Positions 40,947 to 51,574 of a stretch of 64,000 bases of DNA are shown here, one piece after another; position 1 is the first letter of the stretch; the number at the start of each line of letters is the position of its first letter. The notes under the pieces are model-generated. The model saw nothing but the letters and a program-made list of their open reading frames with translations, did not search any database and was not told the origin of the DNA. The stretch comes from an uncultured Gammaproteobacteria bacterium. GTDB taxonomy: Bacteria > Patescibacteriota > Patescibacteriia > Patescibacteriales > UBA12465. Made by a program: the position numbers and the translations under genes. The stretch lies in the NCBI GenBank assembly GCA_964588435.1, contig CAZPPI010000002.1:3542-67541 (forward strand), written 5' to 3'.

Positions 40947-41882
40947 ATGTCTGAAATATTAAAAAGAACAAGAGAAATCTGCCGGTTACTTGAAATAAAA
41001 CCAGCCCGATCAAAGGGGCAAAATTTTTTAATTAATGAAAAAATTTATGATGAGATTGTAAAAGTTGCAGAAATTTCCGCGGATGATGTCGTTTTAGAAG
41101 TTGGTCCTGGTTTGGGTTTTTTAACAGCGAAATTGGCGGAAAAAGCTAGACAAGTAATCGCTGTTGAGCTTGATGATAAAATTGCTTCTTATTTGGAGAT
41201 GGCGATTGCTGCTCAGGATGTTGAAAATATTTTTATTGTTAATGAGGATGTTCTGCGTTTTAATTTGGGGGCTTTTTTTGAAAAAAATGGCTTTAAAAAG
41301 CAACAAAAATATAAAATCGTCGCTAATTTACCATATAACATTAGCTCAATTTTTTTAAGAACTTTTTTATCTTCTCAATTAAAACCGGAGTCAATTACTT
41401 TGATGTTACAGAAGGAAGTTGCTAATAGAATTATTGCTCAAGCGCCTGATAATAATTTATTAGCTCTTTCCGTTGCTTTTTATGGCGAAGCAAAAATTAT
41501 TCGTGAGGTTAAGGCGGGTAATTTTTGGCCAGAACCTAAAGTTGATAGCGCTGTGATTAAAATTAGTCTAAATAAAGATGATCACTGGCGTGATTTTTTA
41601 ATTGCTAATAAAATTATTAAATTCAGTAAGAAAAAAGATGATTTATTTTTAGAACGAGAAATTTTAGGTCTAGAAAGAAAGTTTTTTAGAATGTTAAAGG
41701 TTTCTTTTAGTGCAAAACGAAAAATGCTTAAAAATAACTTAGCCGCTGGACTAGAAATTAAGGCTTTAGAACTTGAAGAAAATTTACTTTCAATTGGGAT
41801 TGATTTAAAGACTAGAGCCGAAAATTTAAGCCTTGAAGATTTCAAAAAATTATTTGCGACTATTTATAAATTTATGATATAA
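40947..41882 (+). CDS. rsmA: 16S rRNA dimethyladenosine transferase
   Basis: GQNFL, EVGPGLG, ANLPY, MLQKEVA, PKVDSA. Confidence 0.96.
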   Translation: MSEILKRTREICRLLEIKPARSKGQNFLINEKIYDEIVKVAEISADDVVLEVGPGLGFLTAKLAEKARQVIAVELDDKIASYLEMAIAAQDVENIFIVNEDVLRFNLGAFFEKNGFKKQQKYKIVANLPYNISSIFLRTFLSSQLKPESITLMLQKEVANRIIAQAPDNNLLALSVAFYGEAKIIREVKAGNFWPEPKVDSAVIKISLNKDDHWRDFLIANKIIKFSKKKDDLFLEREILGLERKFFRMLKVSFSAKRKMLKNNLAAGLEIKALELEENLLSIGIDLKTRAENLSLEDFKKLFATIYKFMI

Positions 41883-41883
41883 T
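41854..41883 (+). promoter_or_regulatory. extended -10 promoter for the giant-protein/T4SS locus
   Basis: TTGCGA-N18 with TGATATAAT overlapping the rsmA stop. Confidence 0.55.
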
Positions 41884-41918
41884 AAGGGCATAGATTTTTA
41901 GTCTTTAAAGACTTTTTT

Positions 41919-42581
41919 ATGCTTGAAAATTATCACTTGTCGAGGGAAGACTCTTTAGAAAAAAAAGCTTCAAGAACGCGGAAACTAGTAATTTTTATTT
42001 TTACAGTTGTTGGCGTTTTTTTGTTATTAATAGGTTTTCGTCAGTTAAAAAATAATATCTATAATCCTTTTAGTTTTGCTAATCAGGAAACTAAAGATTT
42101 AAGTTCGGCTGAAGCTGAGGTTCTTTCTTCTTATATCTTGCAGACAACCGATACTGATGTTGATAATTTTTCTGATTATGATGAGTTGTATGTTTATGGG
42201 ACTTCACCTTTTTTGGCTGATACAGATTCCGATGGAATAAGTGATTATGATGAAATTCAGGGTGAAACTGATCCACTTTGTGCTAAAGGTCAAGATTGTT
42301 ATGGATTAAGAGACCCAAGTTTTGTTGTTGCTCCTGATTTATCAGGAAATACCGGAACTAATATTAACGAGACTTCAACAACTCAAGACGAAGACTTGGC
42401 TATTATCGAGGATATAATTAGTGGTCAAGCAGATCCGGCGTTTTTACGAAACCTGCTTTTAAATAATGGTTTTAATGAGGAAGAGTTAAATCAAATAAGT
42501 GATGAGGATTTACAAGCCGCTTATTTTGAGGTTGTTAGTGAACAACTTTCGGCGCAACAAGAAGAAATAAATAATCAATAA
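41919..42581 (+). CDS. membrane-anchored protein with Ca-binding-type DTDxD(G) repeats
   Basis: N-terminal TM; DTDVDNFSDYDE and DTDSDGISDYDE repeats; CAKGQDC. Confidence 0.75.
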   Translation: MLENYHLSREDSLEKKASRTRKLVIFIFTVVGVFLLLIGFRQLKNNIYNPFSFANQETKDLSSAEAEVLSSYILQTTDTDVDNFSDYDELYVYGTSPFLADTDSDGISDYDEIQGETDPLCAKGQDCYGLRDPSFVVAPDLSGNTGTNINETSTTQDEDLAIIEDIISGQADPAFLRNLLLNNGFNEEELNQISDEDLQAAYFEVVSEQLSAQQEEINNQ

Positions 42582-42593
42582 TATAGAAATAAA

Positions 42594-45500
42594 ATGAAAA
42601 ACTTTTTATTTTTTTTGGAAGATAAAAAACATAAAAATCTTAAAAATTGTTATTGGCTTTTTTTGATTTTTATTTTCGCTTTTTCTTTTAGTTTTTTTCA
42701 GATTCAAGAAGTAAAGGCTCAGGCTGTTGTAACTGATCCCGGAGCCATGGCGCAAAGAACGGTTGAATCGGTCAAACAAACATTTTGGCAGAAATTAGGG
42801 ACGGCTCTGAAGAAAGCGGGGTCCATTGCTTTTAATAGAACTCTACAAAGCTCTTTAAATAAAATTGCTTATGATGCCGCTAATTATATTGGTGCTGGTG
42901 GTGATGGTCAAAAACCATTATTTCGGACTGAGGGGTTGGGTGATTATATGAAAAAGATTGGTGATGAAGCGGGCGGTCAATTTTTAGAAACTTTTGTCAG
43001 AAATCTTGATACCTCCAATGCAACCTCCACTCTTTCTTGTGAAAAGCGTCTAGAGAATTGTTTAACCGATTGTTATCGTCAGGCTAATGGTTACGATCCA
43101 GCTGATGCAGAAAGTCTTAAGTATTTTAGAGATGGTGTGGCGGCTGGTTATGTTGGCGCTGGAGGGCAAGATACAAAGGGCGAGGTTATTGTCGCTGGAC
43201 AAGCTTGTGTTAAACAATGTGAACTTGGAAATACGAGTTGTGTTAGTAATCCTAATAATAATAAGTTAGGCTCAGCTTCTGATGTTAATTCTTTTAATGT
43301 TTGTCAGCCCTCATCAATTGAGGTGAAATTAAAAATCAGTCTTGGTTTAGTTGAACAGAATCGCCCGACTGGTCCAAATTGTACCGCGACCACAATAATT
43401 AATAATTGGGGTGATGATATTGATAAAAAGTTGGCTTCAATTTCTGATGGAAGTTTTTTAAAAAACATTGATAATATTTTTGATCCACGAGCGAATGATT
43501 TAGGAATTTATTTTTTGGCACGAACAGATCTTTCCGCACAATCAAAAATAGAAGTGGATAAGGCTGTATTGGAGGATACAAAAACTGGCGGCTGGATTGA
43601 TGTTAGAAATATTGCCGGTGAATTAAAAGGAACACCCGATACTGCTAAAAACGCTGAAGCCGATGCTAGAGCTATTAGAATAGCAAATTTTGGAAAGACT
43701 ACTGGTGATATTTTTGTTGATGCAGCTAATTTATTTCTAAATCAACTTGCAATTAGTGCTTATAATAATTTGATGCGAAAATTGTCTGATAAAAAAGCTG
43801 ATGCAGGGCCAGCTTTAGCTGATCCTGGAGTTGATCCTAATTTTTCTAGTGTTTCGAGTATGCGAGAGAAAACTAGAGTTCTAATAGAGACAAATTTTGA
43901 GTCGAAAGCTGATTATAGTGTTTTATCTGAATTAGCAGCTTGTCCTAATCCTGGAAATCCTGGACCAAACAATTGTGTAATTGATGACAGGTTTATGCAA
44001 GCTATTGTTGAACAGAAGACTGTTGGTGAAGCGATTAAAGAGGGTTATTTGAACTCGAACTGGAAAGTAGAAAAAGATGTTTTTGCTTCTGCTTATAATA
44101 ATCATTATTCTTTACGTAATATTAAAATTTTAAGAAAATATCGAATCGTCCCTCTTGCTTGGGAGGTTGCGATTGAGAAAGCTTTTGAAGATGAGGAGAT
44201 ACCGGAAAATGTTACCCTTGGTGATTTAGTCGCTTGTTTTTCTGAGAATGATGAATTTGATAAATTTAGTACTAATTTTAAGAGCAGTGATATAAGTTGG
44301 TGCCAGGGTTTAGTTGATCCAAACTGGGTTTTGAAAGCCCCACTTAATTATTGTGGTCAATCTGGCAGTGGTTCCCATATTCTTAATATGACGATGATTC
44401 CTAGTCTTTCTAGTAGTGAACAATTAATTATTACTCGTGCAGATGATTATTGTGCTGATAATCAAAGTTGTATTAAGGAAAGTAAAGAAGGTGCTTGTGA
44501 TCTTTATGGTTATTGTACTGAGGACCGAAGAACTTGGAATTTTGAAAGTGACTCTTGCTCTCCGATAAATAATACTTGTCAAAGTTTTATTAATACAAGT
44601 AATCAAGCAACCGCATCTTATTTAGAAAATACTCTTGATTATGGCGATTGTAACGCTGATTCGGCTGGTTGTCGTCGCTATTCTTTATTTGGTAAATATA
44701 ATGAAAATGGCTCTGTCTCTTGGAATCTTTTTAACAATTTATTCTTTAATAAAAATTTAGTTTCCTGTAATTCTGAAAATGAAGGTTGCTCTGAATTGAT
44801 GCGGATTAAGCCGACTTGGGGATTTAATTTTGTGACCGATTCTGCTTTTAATTTTTTTGGTCTTAATCAGGAACCGGCCGGATCTAAGCTCGGACCATGG
44901 GGAGTATTAGCTGGGGCTAACGCTCAGATTATTAATACTAACGAAGAAGCACCTGATTTTACCGGCAACTCAAAAGCTATTAAAATTTCTGGATCTAATG
45001 GGGCAGGGTTTGAATCAAGCTCTGAAGTTTTTCCTGAAAATTTACAAATTTTAATTAATCAAGATTATACTCTAAGTGCTGATATTTTCTTATTTAGTGG
45101 TGACAGAGTCCAAATGTTTTTAAATCCTGGCGATAAACAAGTGTCAACGGTTGTTAATCAGAGTGGTTATTGGCAAAGAGTTAGTTTAACAATTAATACT
45201 GATTCTGGTTTCTATGAGCCTAAATTTTCCTTTGTTGGTTATGGGTCTTCGGTTAGTTTTTATGTTAAAAATATTAAATTTGAATTAAGTGGTGTCGAGA
45301 CAACTTATAATAATTATGGTAGCTATATTAGTAGGGCAGGAAGCTTGTTATCAGCTCGATTTAGTCAAAAATTATTACCGGCTTATTTACATGAGACTTG
45401 TTATGTTGATTCTGTTTCAGCTTCAAAGGATTATACTTTAAAAAGTGATGCTCCAGCTATTTGTTCTAATTATGCTAGACAATGTAATCAGGATGAGGTT

Positions 45501-48500
45501 GGTTGTGAACTATTTATTAATAGTTATGATAATTTTTCAACTCCAGCTCAAGTAAATAGTTCTGACTATTGTGCTGGTGAATGTGTTGGTTACGACGTTT
45601 ATATTGCTAAAGAAAATTATTTTAATCCAACAGAAGCTCAGAATTTAATTCCTAATTCAACTACTAAATGTGCTCAGTCTGCCGTTGGTTGTAACGAATT
45701 TACTAATTTAGATGCAGTTGCTAAGGGTGGCGAGGGAAAAGAATATTATTCTGAATTAAAGCAATGTATCAAGCCAAATTCTGGGCAATGTGCTAATTTT
45801 TATACCTGGGAGAGCTCTGCTGGTGGTTATCAAATTAAAACTTATAGTTTACAAAAAGACAATAATAATAATCCTTTAATCAACTATGGCGATCAAGCTT
45901 CAGGTGACTGTAGCGATATCTTTGGTCTACCGCTTAGCGATCCTCGTTATAATCCTGATTGTAGAGAATTTAGAAACACTTCCGGCCAGGTTTCCTATCG
46001 TTTAATTTCAAGAGTCATAACTTGTTCAGATAATTGTTTCAGTTATCGTTTAAATAGCAATAATATTCATCCGACCGCTAAAACCCAGGCTGAATGTAAT
46101 AGTAGCAGTGATGAAACTTATTGGAATAGTTCAAATTCTACTTGTCTTACTTGTTTAAATGGCGGTAAGTGGGATACAAATCAAAATGCTTGTGTTTATC
46201 AAGCGATCCCTGGGGAAGGAAAATCTTGCCAAGCCTCTCAAGTCGGCTGTCGGGAGTATAATGGTAATCGTGGTAATGATGTTCGTTTAATTGCCAATTA
46301 TGATTTTGAAAATGGTCTTAGTGGTTGGTATTCAAACTGTACTGATGGAGTTGACTGGAGCCCAGTTGCTAATAATCAACAAGGAAGTTCACTATTCTAT
46401 AATTCTTCCGCTAGTTCCTGTGAATCGTCTGGTGGTGAAAAGGTTGCTAAGATAAAGCTTGGTTTAGAAATTAAAGCTGGAAGAGCTTATAGTTTGAAAT
46501 TTTTAGCTCGTTCTGCTGAAGCTAATATTTTAGAAATTTATTTTGAGAGTGTTGACGGCGATAGATATTTCTTTAATTTATCGGCGGTGGCTGAAAGAGA
46601 TGGCGCAGTATCAATTAAGGGTGGAAATGAATGGGCTATTTATCAAGTTAATTTAGAAAATGTGACTGAAACCCTAGGTTTTGATGGCACTTTAAATATT
46701 TCTGCTAGTCATGATTTTTATATTGATGATTTGCTTTTAACTGAGATTAGTAATCGTTATTATTTTATTAAAGATTCAATTAAAATTCCTGATGTTTGTT
46801 ATTATGATAATTCAGGAAAATATCAAGGCGCTGATTATAATCTAGGCTGCTCTCAATATAAAGACAAAGATAATTATATTCATAATTTACATAATTTTAC
46901 CAAGCTTTGTCCTAGCTCTTCGATTGGTTGTGAACAAATGATTACAACTAATAATTATACTTCGCCCCAGGCTATGTCTTGGAATGTGAATAATTTAGGA
47001 CAATCTTGCGACCCTGGCGATGAAGGGTGTTTAACAGTTGAAAGAGATAAGATAATATATGTGGTCTATGATAAATCAAAATCTTGTCTTGCTAATGACA
47101 TCGGTTGTAGCCGAATGGGGGAGGGTCTTGGTTCTGGTTATGATATTAGTTGGTCTGATGTTTTTAAATTGAATAACCCTAATAATTACAATCAAACTTT
47201 ATGTGCTGAGGGAGATTTAGGTTGTGAGGAATATCGAGATATTAATAGTGGTGGTCTAAGTTACTTTAGAAATCCAGCAAATAATTTATGTGTTTATCGT
47301 TCCAGTAGTAATCCTGAGATTTCTGGTAAGGCTTGGTATAAAGTTCCAGTAAAAAGATGTGATTTAAATAGTAATGGCTCGATTGAAGGACTTGAAGTTG
47401 GGGGGACAATTTGTTCTAAAGATGAAGATTGCGTTTCAGGAACTTGCGTTGTTGATAACAATGATTATACTTGTTCAGTTTCCTATTTAAAAACTATTGG
47501 TTATGGTGGTTTAGGGGCGGCAATCCCTGTACCTGATAAATCGGTGGCTTTGTGTGATGCCGCCGCCGCTGGTTGTACAGAATATATTGATCCAGTTAGT
47601 AAATTTAATCCTAATTTAGTAAAAAATCCCGAATATAATGATGGTGGCAAGGGTTGGGGTGAAGATATTTGGCCTCAAGTTAATGGTAATCCAATAGGTA
47701 AAACTGAACAGGTCATTAGTTTAGAGAGAAATAAACTTTATGGTTTTAGAGCGACGGATAAGAGTGGGGGTGTTGTTGACGGAGGAGTTAGCCTTAAATT
47801 TATTGGTGATGTTAGAATTTTAGGCGAGGAGACTATCGATACGATAAAAAAATTAGGAACTAGTAATAATTTTGGCGATGTAACTAAATTATTAACTATT
47901 AATGCCAATTATCCTTATATTATTTTTAATTCTTTGAGTAATTATTCAGCTCTCTTATCGGGCGGGGACGCAAGTTATATTATTGAATTAAAAGAATTAG
48001 CAATTGACTATAATATTAGAGGGGATGTTGATGGTAGTAGTTGTAATGGTTTAGTAAATTTTGATACTGGTTGTATTTTATTTAATGAACGCTCAATTGC
48101 TGGGGCAGCTGGTTTGGAATTAAATAAATTTAATGCCTTGGCGGGTGATGGTGTGCCAGTCATTAGTTATAGCCCCTATAATGCCAATAAACTATTAAAA
48201 GTAAGACCTGATAGAACTTGTGCTTCTTGGCTTTCTTGTACTTCCTATGCTTTAAATAGTGATGGTTCAAAATCTTGTAGCTCAGTTGCTGAATGTAATC
48301 TATTAGATGATAAAAATGAGTGCCTTAATTTTATTGTCAGACCAGAAGCTGAAAGCATTGTTTTTGATGCAGAAAAAAATCGTAATGCGACCGGTTACGC
48401 TTTGGCGGGAAATTATTATTTTAACAACATTAAGGAAGTTGGTCTTAATACTAGTGTTCGTTATGACTTTGAAGAAAATATTCCTCCTTTGAGCTGTGTA

Positions 48501-50942
48501 CGGGCCAATAGTGCTGGAGAGCCCTTGATTAATGACACCGGCTTTTGTTCCTTTGATGAAAACATAATTAAAGACAGCTTGATTCGTGAACCGGGACTAA
48601 TTAGCTATCCGGCTAAAGGAAAAACTTATTTAAAAGTTTCTCCTCTTCAAGCAATTTCTCCTCATGCAGGAGGCTCATATGTTGTTTTGCCAGAAGCGGG
48701 AGAATATTATTTAAGTTATTTACTTAATACTCAGAATTCTAATACTTCAGCTAAAGTATCAATTGAAAACGTTTCTAATAGAAATATTATGCATGACATG
48801 GGAGTAGAAGAACAAGCCCCTAATGGTTGGGAGAGAAAAATTCATAAAATAACAACAGTTAAGGATAATGTTAAAATTAGAATTTATTTAAGTTTAGTGG
48901 AAACGGGTAGTTCGGGGCCAGTTTATTTTGATGATATAAATATTGAAACAGTTTTAAGGGTGGCTGAGAATGATTATCGTGCTCGTGATTGTCGACTTTA
49001 TCCGAACTCTTCTAGTTTTGGTTGTCAGGAAGTTGAAAATTCGGTGGTTAGAAATGGGGTTGAGGGTTATTGTCTTGAATATGATTTAGCTAATTCAAGT
49101 GTTTGTCAACTCTGGATGCCAATTGATAGAATTGCCTCGTCTAAAATAAATAGTAATCAGCTTGGTTATAATGGTAAATACCCTCTTAGTTATTGTGCTT
49201 TGGCTAACAGTAATTTTCTTTATCTTGAAAAAAGAGAAGCGGCTGTAGTTAAAGAAGAAAGTATTAGAAGAAATAGTGATGATTATTTAGATGTTCGTGT
49301 TTGTTATTATCCGGGAACAGCTCTTAATTATTGTCAGTCAATGTTTTATGCTAGTAGTTCGATTGAAATAATGCCAACTTCAACTCCTTTAGGACAACCA
49401 ATTAGTACTTCTGGCGAATATAACGTTACCATTACCTATGATAATAACAATCCTGATAGTGAGCCAATTATTACTGTTGGTGGTCAACAAGATTTAACTC
49501 AAGAAGAGCAAGAAGAATTACCAGAAAATCTTGTTATTGTTGGTGGAAAAGTTAAAGATTTAGGGAATATTCCGGTGGTTTCTGAATATTGTGGTGATTC
49601 AGGAAATTATTTCTTAATGGTCACCCAAGATTTGAAACAAGAAAACGGGTTATTTAAACGAGATGATGTGGCCATCACCTACCTTTGTTTACCAATTAAT
49701 AATTATAATTATTATACTCCTGATAGAACCTTTAGATACGTAGCGACAAAATCAGAACCGATAACAACTTTTAGTGGTGTGCAGAAAGTTTATCCAATTA
49801 CTGATGGTTGGTATTTAGCTGATGGTTTTCATAACGCTGCGGGGATAGCCCCAGAAAATAAAAGAGGGGGTAGTCCTGGTGGTTTTGATGAACTTTATAA
49901 TGCTGATCCACCTCTTCGAGTTTTGGATTTAAATTATTCAATACCAGCTGGAGAAGATGATTTAAAAAAGATTTCAAGTAGTGATCCTGATGAAGTTTTT
50001 CGTTTAACTTGTGATAAATTTGTTGAAGCCGTTTCTGGTTCCGGGGATAATATGGCTTGGACTAGCAGAGTTGCGCTTGGTTCAAATTATATAGTTACTT
50101 CAACAAATCCGATTATACGATACAATGGTTATATTAGACAGATTGGCGACATTCCTTTCGGAGCAGCTTCTTGGCCCGATGATTTTAATTTGGCAAAAAG
50201 TGAGAGGGTTCCTTTATATAATCAATACTCAGCTAAAAATAAAGAAGATGTTTTTGCTGGACGTCCTTATGGTTGTAACGCTAAAGATGCTCAGGGGGTC
50301 GCTAACTGTTCTAGTATTGGCTATTGCAGCGCTAATCCCGACGTTTATTGTTTAGTTGATAATACCGGACTATTTAATGCCAATACTTATGATATCACTC
50401 GTCATTCTTGTGGTACTTGGGGAACCTGTAAACCTCTATGGACCATTCCTACAGGAGCCTATCAATCTAGCGTGCTAATATCTTATCTTAAAGATTACCC
50501 TAGCGCCCTTAGTCAATTATTTATCCAAGCTCCAGTTGCTTATGAGTTTAAAGATGATGCTGGGGGTTATGTTAGTGCTACTGGATATTATAATTCTAAT
50601 ATGGCTGGGTCTAATCCTGGAGTTTCAAACCTTAAACTTTATAAAGCTGATACGAGCATTGAATTTAATGCTGATTCTGGAATTAGAGCTGGTAATTACC
50701 GCTTGGAATTTAATTCAAATATTGACTCTGATCATCAACCACTGAAAGAAATATTTATTGATTGGGGGGATGGATTTAAGCAGGTTATTATTGGTGAGGA
50801 TTCAAAGAGTAGCTCATCTGAAGCTAGACATATTTTCTACCATTTCTATCCTGATAACAGAGCGTTAGATAGCACAATTATCAGGGTTAGAGTTTATGAT
50901 AATTGGAAGAAAGGATCAACTGATGCGATTTTAACAAGATAA
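42594..50942 (+). CDS. giant secreted Cys-rich surface protein (CBM-like and PKD-like domains)
   Basis: 2782-aa uninterrupted ORF with signal peptide VKA|Q, repeated C-x5-G-C, DFE..W..Y.L..W..DD jelly-roll-like segments, and C-terminal IDWGDG..HFY..VRVYD. Confidence 0.85.
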   Translation: MKNFLFFLEDKKHKNLKNCYWLFLIFIFAFSFSFFQIQEVKAQAVVTDPGAMAQRTVESVKQTFWQKLGTALKKAGSIAFNRTLQSSLNKIAYDAANYIGAGGDGQKPLFRTEGLGDYMKKIGDEAGGQFLETFVRNLDTSNATSTLSCEKRLENCLTDCYRQANGYDPADAESLKYFRDGVAAGYVGAGGQDTKGEVIVAGQACVKQCELGNTSCVSNPNNNKLGSASDVNSFNVCQPSSIEVKLKISLGLVEQNRPTGPNCTATTIINNWGDDIDKKLASISDGSFLKNIDNIFDPRANDLGIYFLARTDLSAQSKIEVDKAVLEDTKTGGWIDVRNIAGELKGTPDTAKNAEADARAIRIANFGKTTGDIFVDAANLFLNQLAISAYNNLMRKLSDKKADAGPALADPGVDPNFSSVSSMREKTRVLIETNFESKADYSVLSELAACPNPGNPGPNNCVIDDRFMQAIVEQKTVGEAIKEGYLNSNWKVEKDVFASAYNNHYSLRNIKILRKYRIVPLAWEVAIEKAFEDEEIPENVTLGDLVACFSENDEFDKFSTNFKSSDISWCQGLVDPNWVLKAPLNYCGQSGSGSHILNMTMIPSLSSSEQLIITRADDYCADNQSCIKESKEGACDLYGYCTEDRRTWNFESDSCSPINNTCQSFINTSNQATASYLENTLDYGDCNADSAGCRRYSLFGKYNENGSVSWNLFNNLFFNKNLVSCNSENEGCSELMRIKPTWGFNFVTDSAFNFFGLNQEPAGSKLGPWGVLAGANAQIINTNEEAPDFTGNSKAIKISGSNGAGFESSSEVFPENLQILINQDYTLSADIFLFSGDRVQMFLNPGDKQVSTVVNQSGYWQRVSLTINTDSGFYEPKFSFVGYGSSVSFYVKNIKFELSGVETTYNNYGSYISRAGSLLSARFSQKLLPAYLHETCYVDSVSASKDYTLKSDAPAICSNYARQCNQDEVGCELFINSYDNFSTPAQVNSSDYCAGECVGYDVYIAKENYFNPTEAQNLIPNSTTKCAQSAVGCNEFTNLDAVAKGGEGKEYYSELKQCIKPNSGQCANFYTWESSAGGYQIKTYSLQKDNNNNPLINYGDQASGDCSDIFGLPLSDPRYNPDCREFRNTSGQVSYRLISRVITCSDNCFSYRLNSNNIHPTAKTQAECNSSSDETYWNSSNSTCLTCLNGGKWDTNQNACVYQAIPGEGKSCQASQVGCREYNGNRGNDVRLIANYDFENGLSGWYSNCTDGVDWSPVANNQQGSSLFYNSSASSCESSGGEKVAKIKLGLEIKAGRAYSLKFLARSAEANILEIYFESVDGDRYFFNLSAVAERDGAVSIKGGNEWAIYQVNLENVTETLGFDGTLNISASHDFYIDDLLLTEISNRYYFIKDSIKIPDVCYYDNSGKYQGADYNLGCSQYKDKDNYIHNLHNFTKLCPSSSIGCEQMITTNNYTSPQAMSWNVNNLGQSCDPGDEGCLTVERDKIIYVVYDKSKSCLANDIGCSRMGEGLGSGYDISWSDVFKLNNPNNYNQTLCAEGDLGCEEYRDINSGGLSYFRNPANNLCVYRSSSNPEISGKAWYKVPVKRCDLNSNGSIEGLEVGGTICSKDEDCVSGTCVVDNNDYTCSVSYLKTIGYGGLGAAIPVPDKSVALCDAAAAGCTEYIDPVSKFNPNLVKNPEYNDGGKGWGEDIWPQVNGNPIGKTEQVISLERNKLYGFRATDKSGGVVDGGVSLKFIGDVRILGEETIDTIKKLGTSNNFGDVTKLLTINANYPYIIFNSLSNYSALLSGGDASYIIELKELAIDYNIRGDVDGSSCNGLVNFDTGCILFNERSIAGAAGLELNKFNALAGDGVPVISYSPYNANKLLKVRPDRTCASWLSCTSYALNSDGSKSCSSVAECNLLDDKNECLNFIVRPEAESIVFDAEKNRNATGYALAGNYYFNNIKEVGLNTSVRYDFEENIPPLSCVRANSAGEPLINDTGFCSFDENIIKDSLIREPGLISYPAKGKTYLKVSPLQAISPHAGGSYVVLPEAGEYYLSYLLNTQNSNTSAKVSIENVSNRNIMHDMGVEEQAPNGWERKIHKITTVKDNVKIRIYLSLVETGSSGPVYFDDINIETVLRVAENDYRARDCRLYPNSSSFGCQEVENSVVRNGVEGYCLEYDLANSSVCQLWMPIDRIASSKINSNQLGYNGKYPLSYCALANSNFLYLEKREAAVVKEESIRRNSDDYLDVRVCYYPGTALNYCQSMFYASSSIEIMPTSTPLGQPISTSGEYNVTITYDNNNPDSEPIITVGGQQDLTQEEQEELPENLVIVGGKVKDLGNIPVVSEYCGDSGNYFLMVTQDLKQENGLFKRDDVAITYLCLPINNYNYYTPDRTFRYVATKSEPITTFSGVQKVYPITDGWYLADGFHNAAGIAPENKRGGSPGGFDELYNADPPLRVLDLNYSIPAGEDDLKKISSSDPDEVFRLTCDKFVEAVSGSGDNMAWTSRVALGSNYIVTSTNPIIRYNGYIRQIGDIPFGAASWPDDFNLAKSERVPLYNQYSAKNKEDVFAGRPYGCNAKDAQGVANCSSIGYCSANPDVYCLVDNTGLFNANTYDITRHSCGTWGTCKPLWTIPTGAYQSSVLISYLKDYPSALSQLFIQAPVAYEFKDDAGGYVSATGYYNSNMAGSNPGVSNLKLYKADTSIEFNADSGIRAGNYRLEFNSNIDSDHQPLKEIFIDWGDGFKQVIIGEDSKSSSSEARHIFYHFYPDNRALDSTIIRVRVYDNWKKGSTDAILTR

Positions 50943-51006
50943 TTATTTTACTGTTAAGAAGAAAAAAAATAAGGTATAATTTAGAGAGAATTAAGTTTAG
51001 TTGCTT

Positions 51007-51543
51007 ATGCACGTTGATGATAATTTATTAGAAAGGACTAGTGATGAGGATGAGGATGAAGATTTTTCTTTTGATGGTGAGTCTTATGACCAAGGTGAAG
51101 AAGAGAGTCAAATAGGGAATCAGGGTCGAGCAAGAGATGATGTTGACGACAGTGCCCCCCAGTCTTTAAGAGAGGCGAGAATAATAGAGAAAGCTAAACT
51201 TGATAGTCAAAGTAAAAAAGAGGAGTTAAAAAAAACAGCAAAAGCAGAGGCGTCTTCAAAACTTTTAACTATATGCTTTTCCCTTAAAACTCTAGGTGCT
51301 TCCTGGGGACTATCAGCTCTTTATGGAAATGTTCATCTTTTTTTAAAGTATACAGTTAATAATAAATTAAGGGGATTAAGTTTAAGAGAGTCAATGATAT
51401 TGTTGTTGTGTGATGTAATTATAATTTTATTAATTATTATCCAGGTTGCTCTTATTGCTTTAATTGTTGGCTTTATTAAAAATCCTCTTGAAGCTATTAA
51501 AAGTATATTAGAAAGCGTGTTCCCGAATTGGAAAAATATTTAA
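51007..51543 (+). CDS. hypothetical membrane protein with acidic N-terminus
   Basis: D/E-rich N-terminus and long hydrophobic C-terminal segment; lies within the T4SS-like locus. Confidence 0.7.
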   Translation: MHVDDNLLERTSDEDEDEDFSFDGESYDQGEEESQIGNQGRARDDVDDSAPQSLREARIIEKAKLDSQSKKEELKKTAKAEASSKLLTICFSLKTLGASWGLSALYGNVHLFLKYTVNNKLRGLSLRESMILLLCDVIIILLIIIQVALIALIVGFIKNPLEAIKSILESVFPNWKNI

Positions 51544-51574
51544 TTGGTTTTATTAAAAAATAAGTTGCAAAAAA

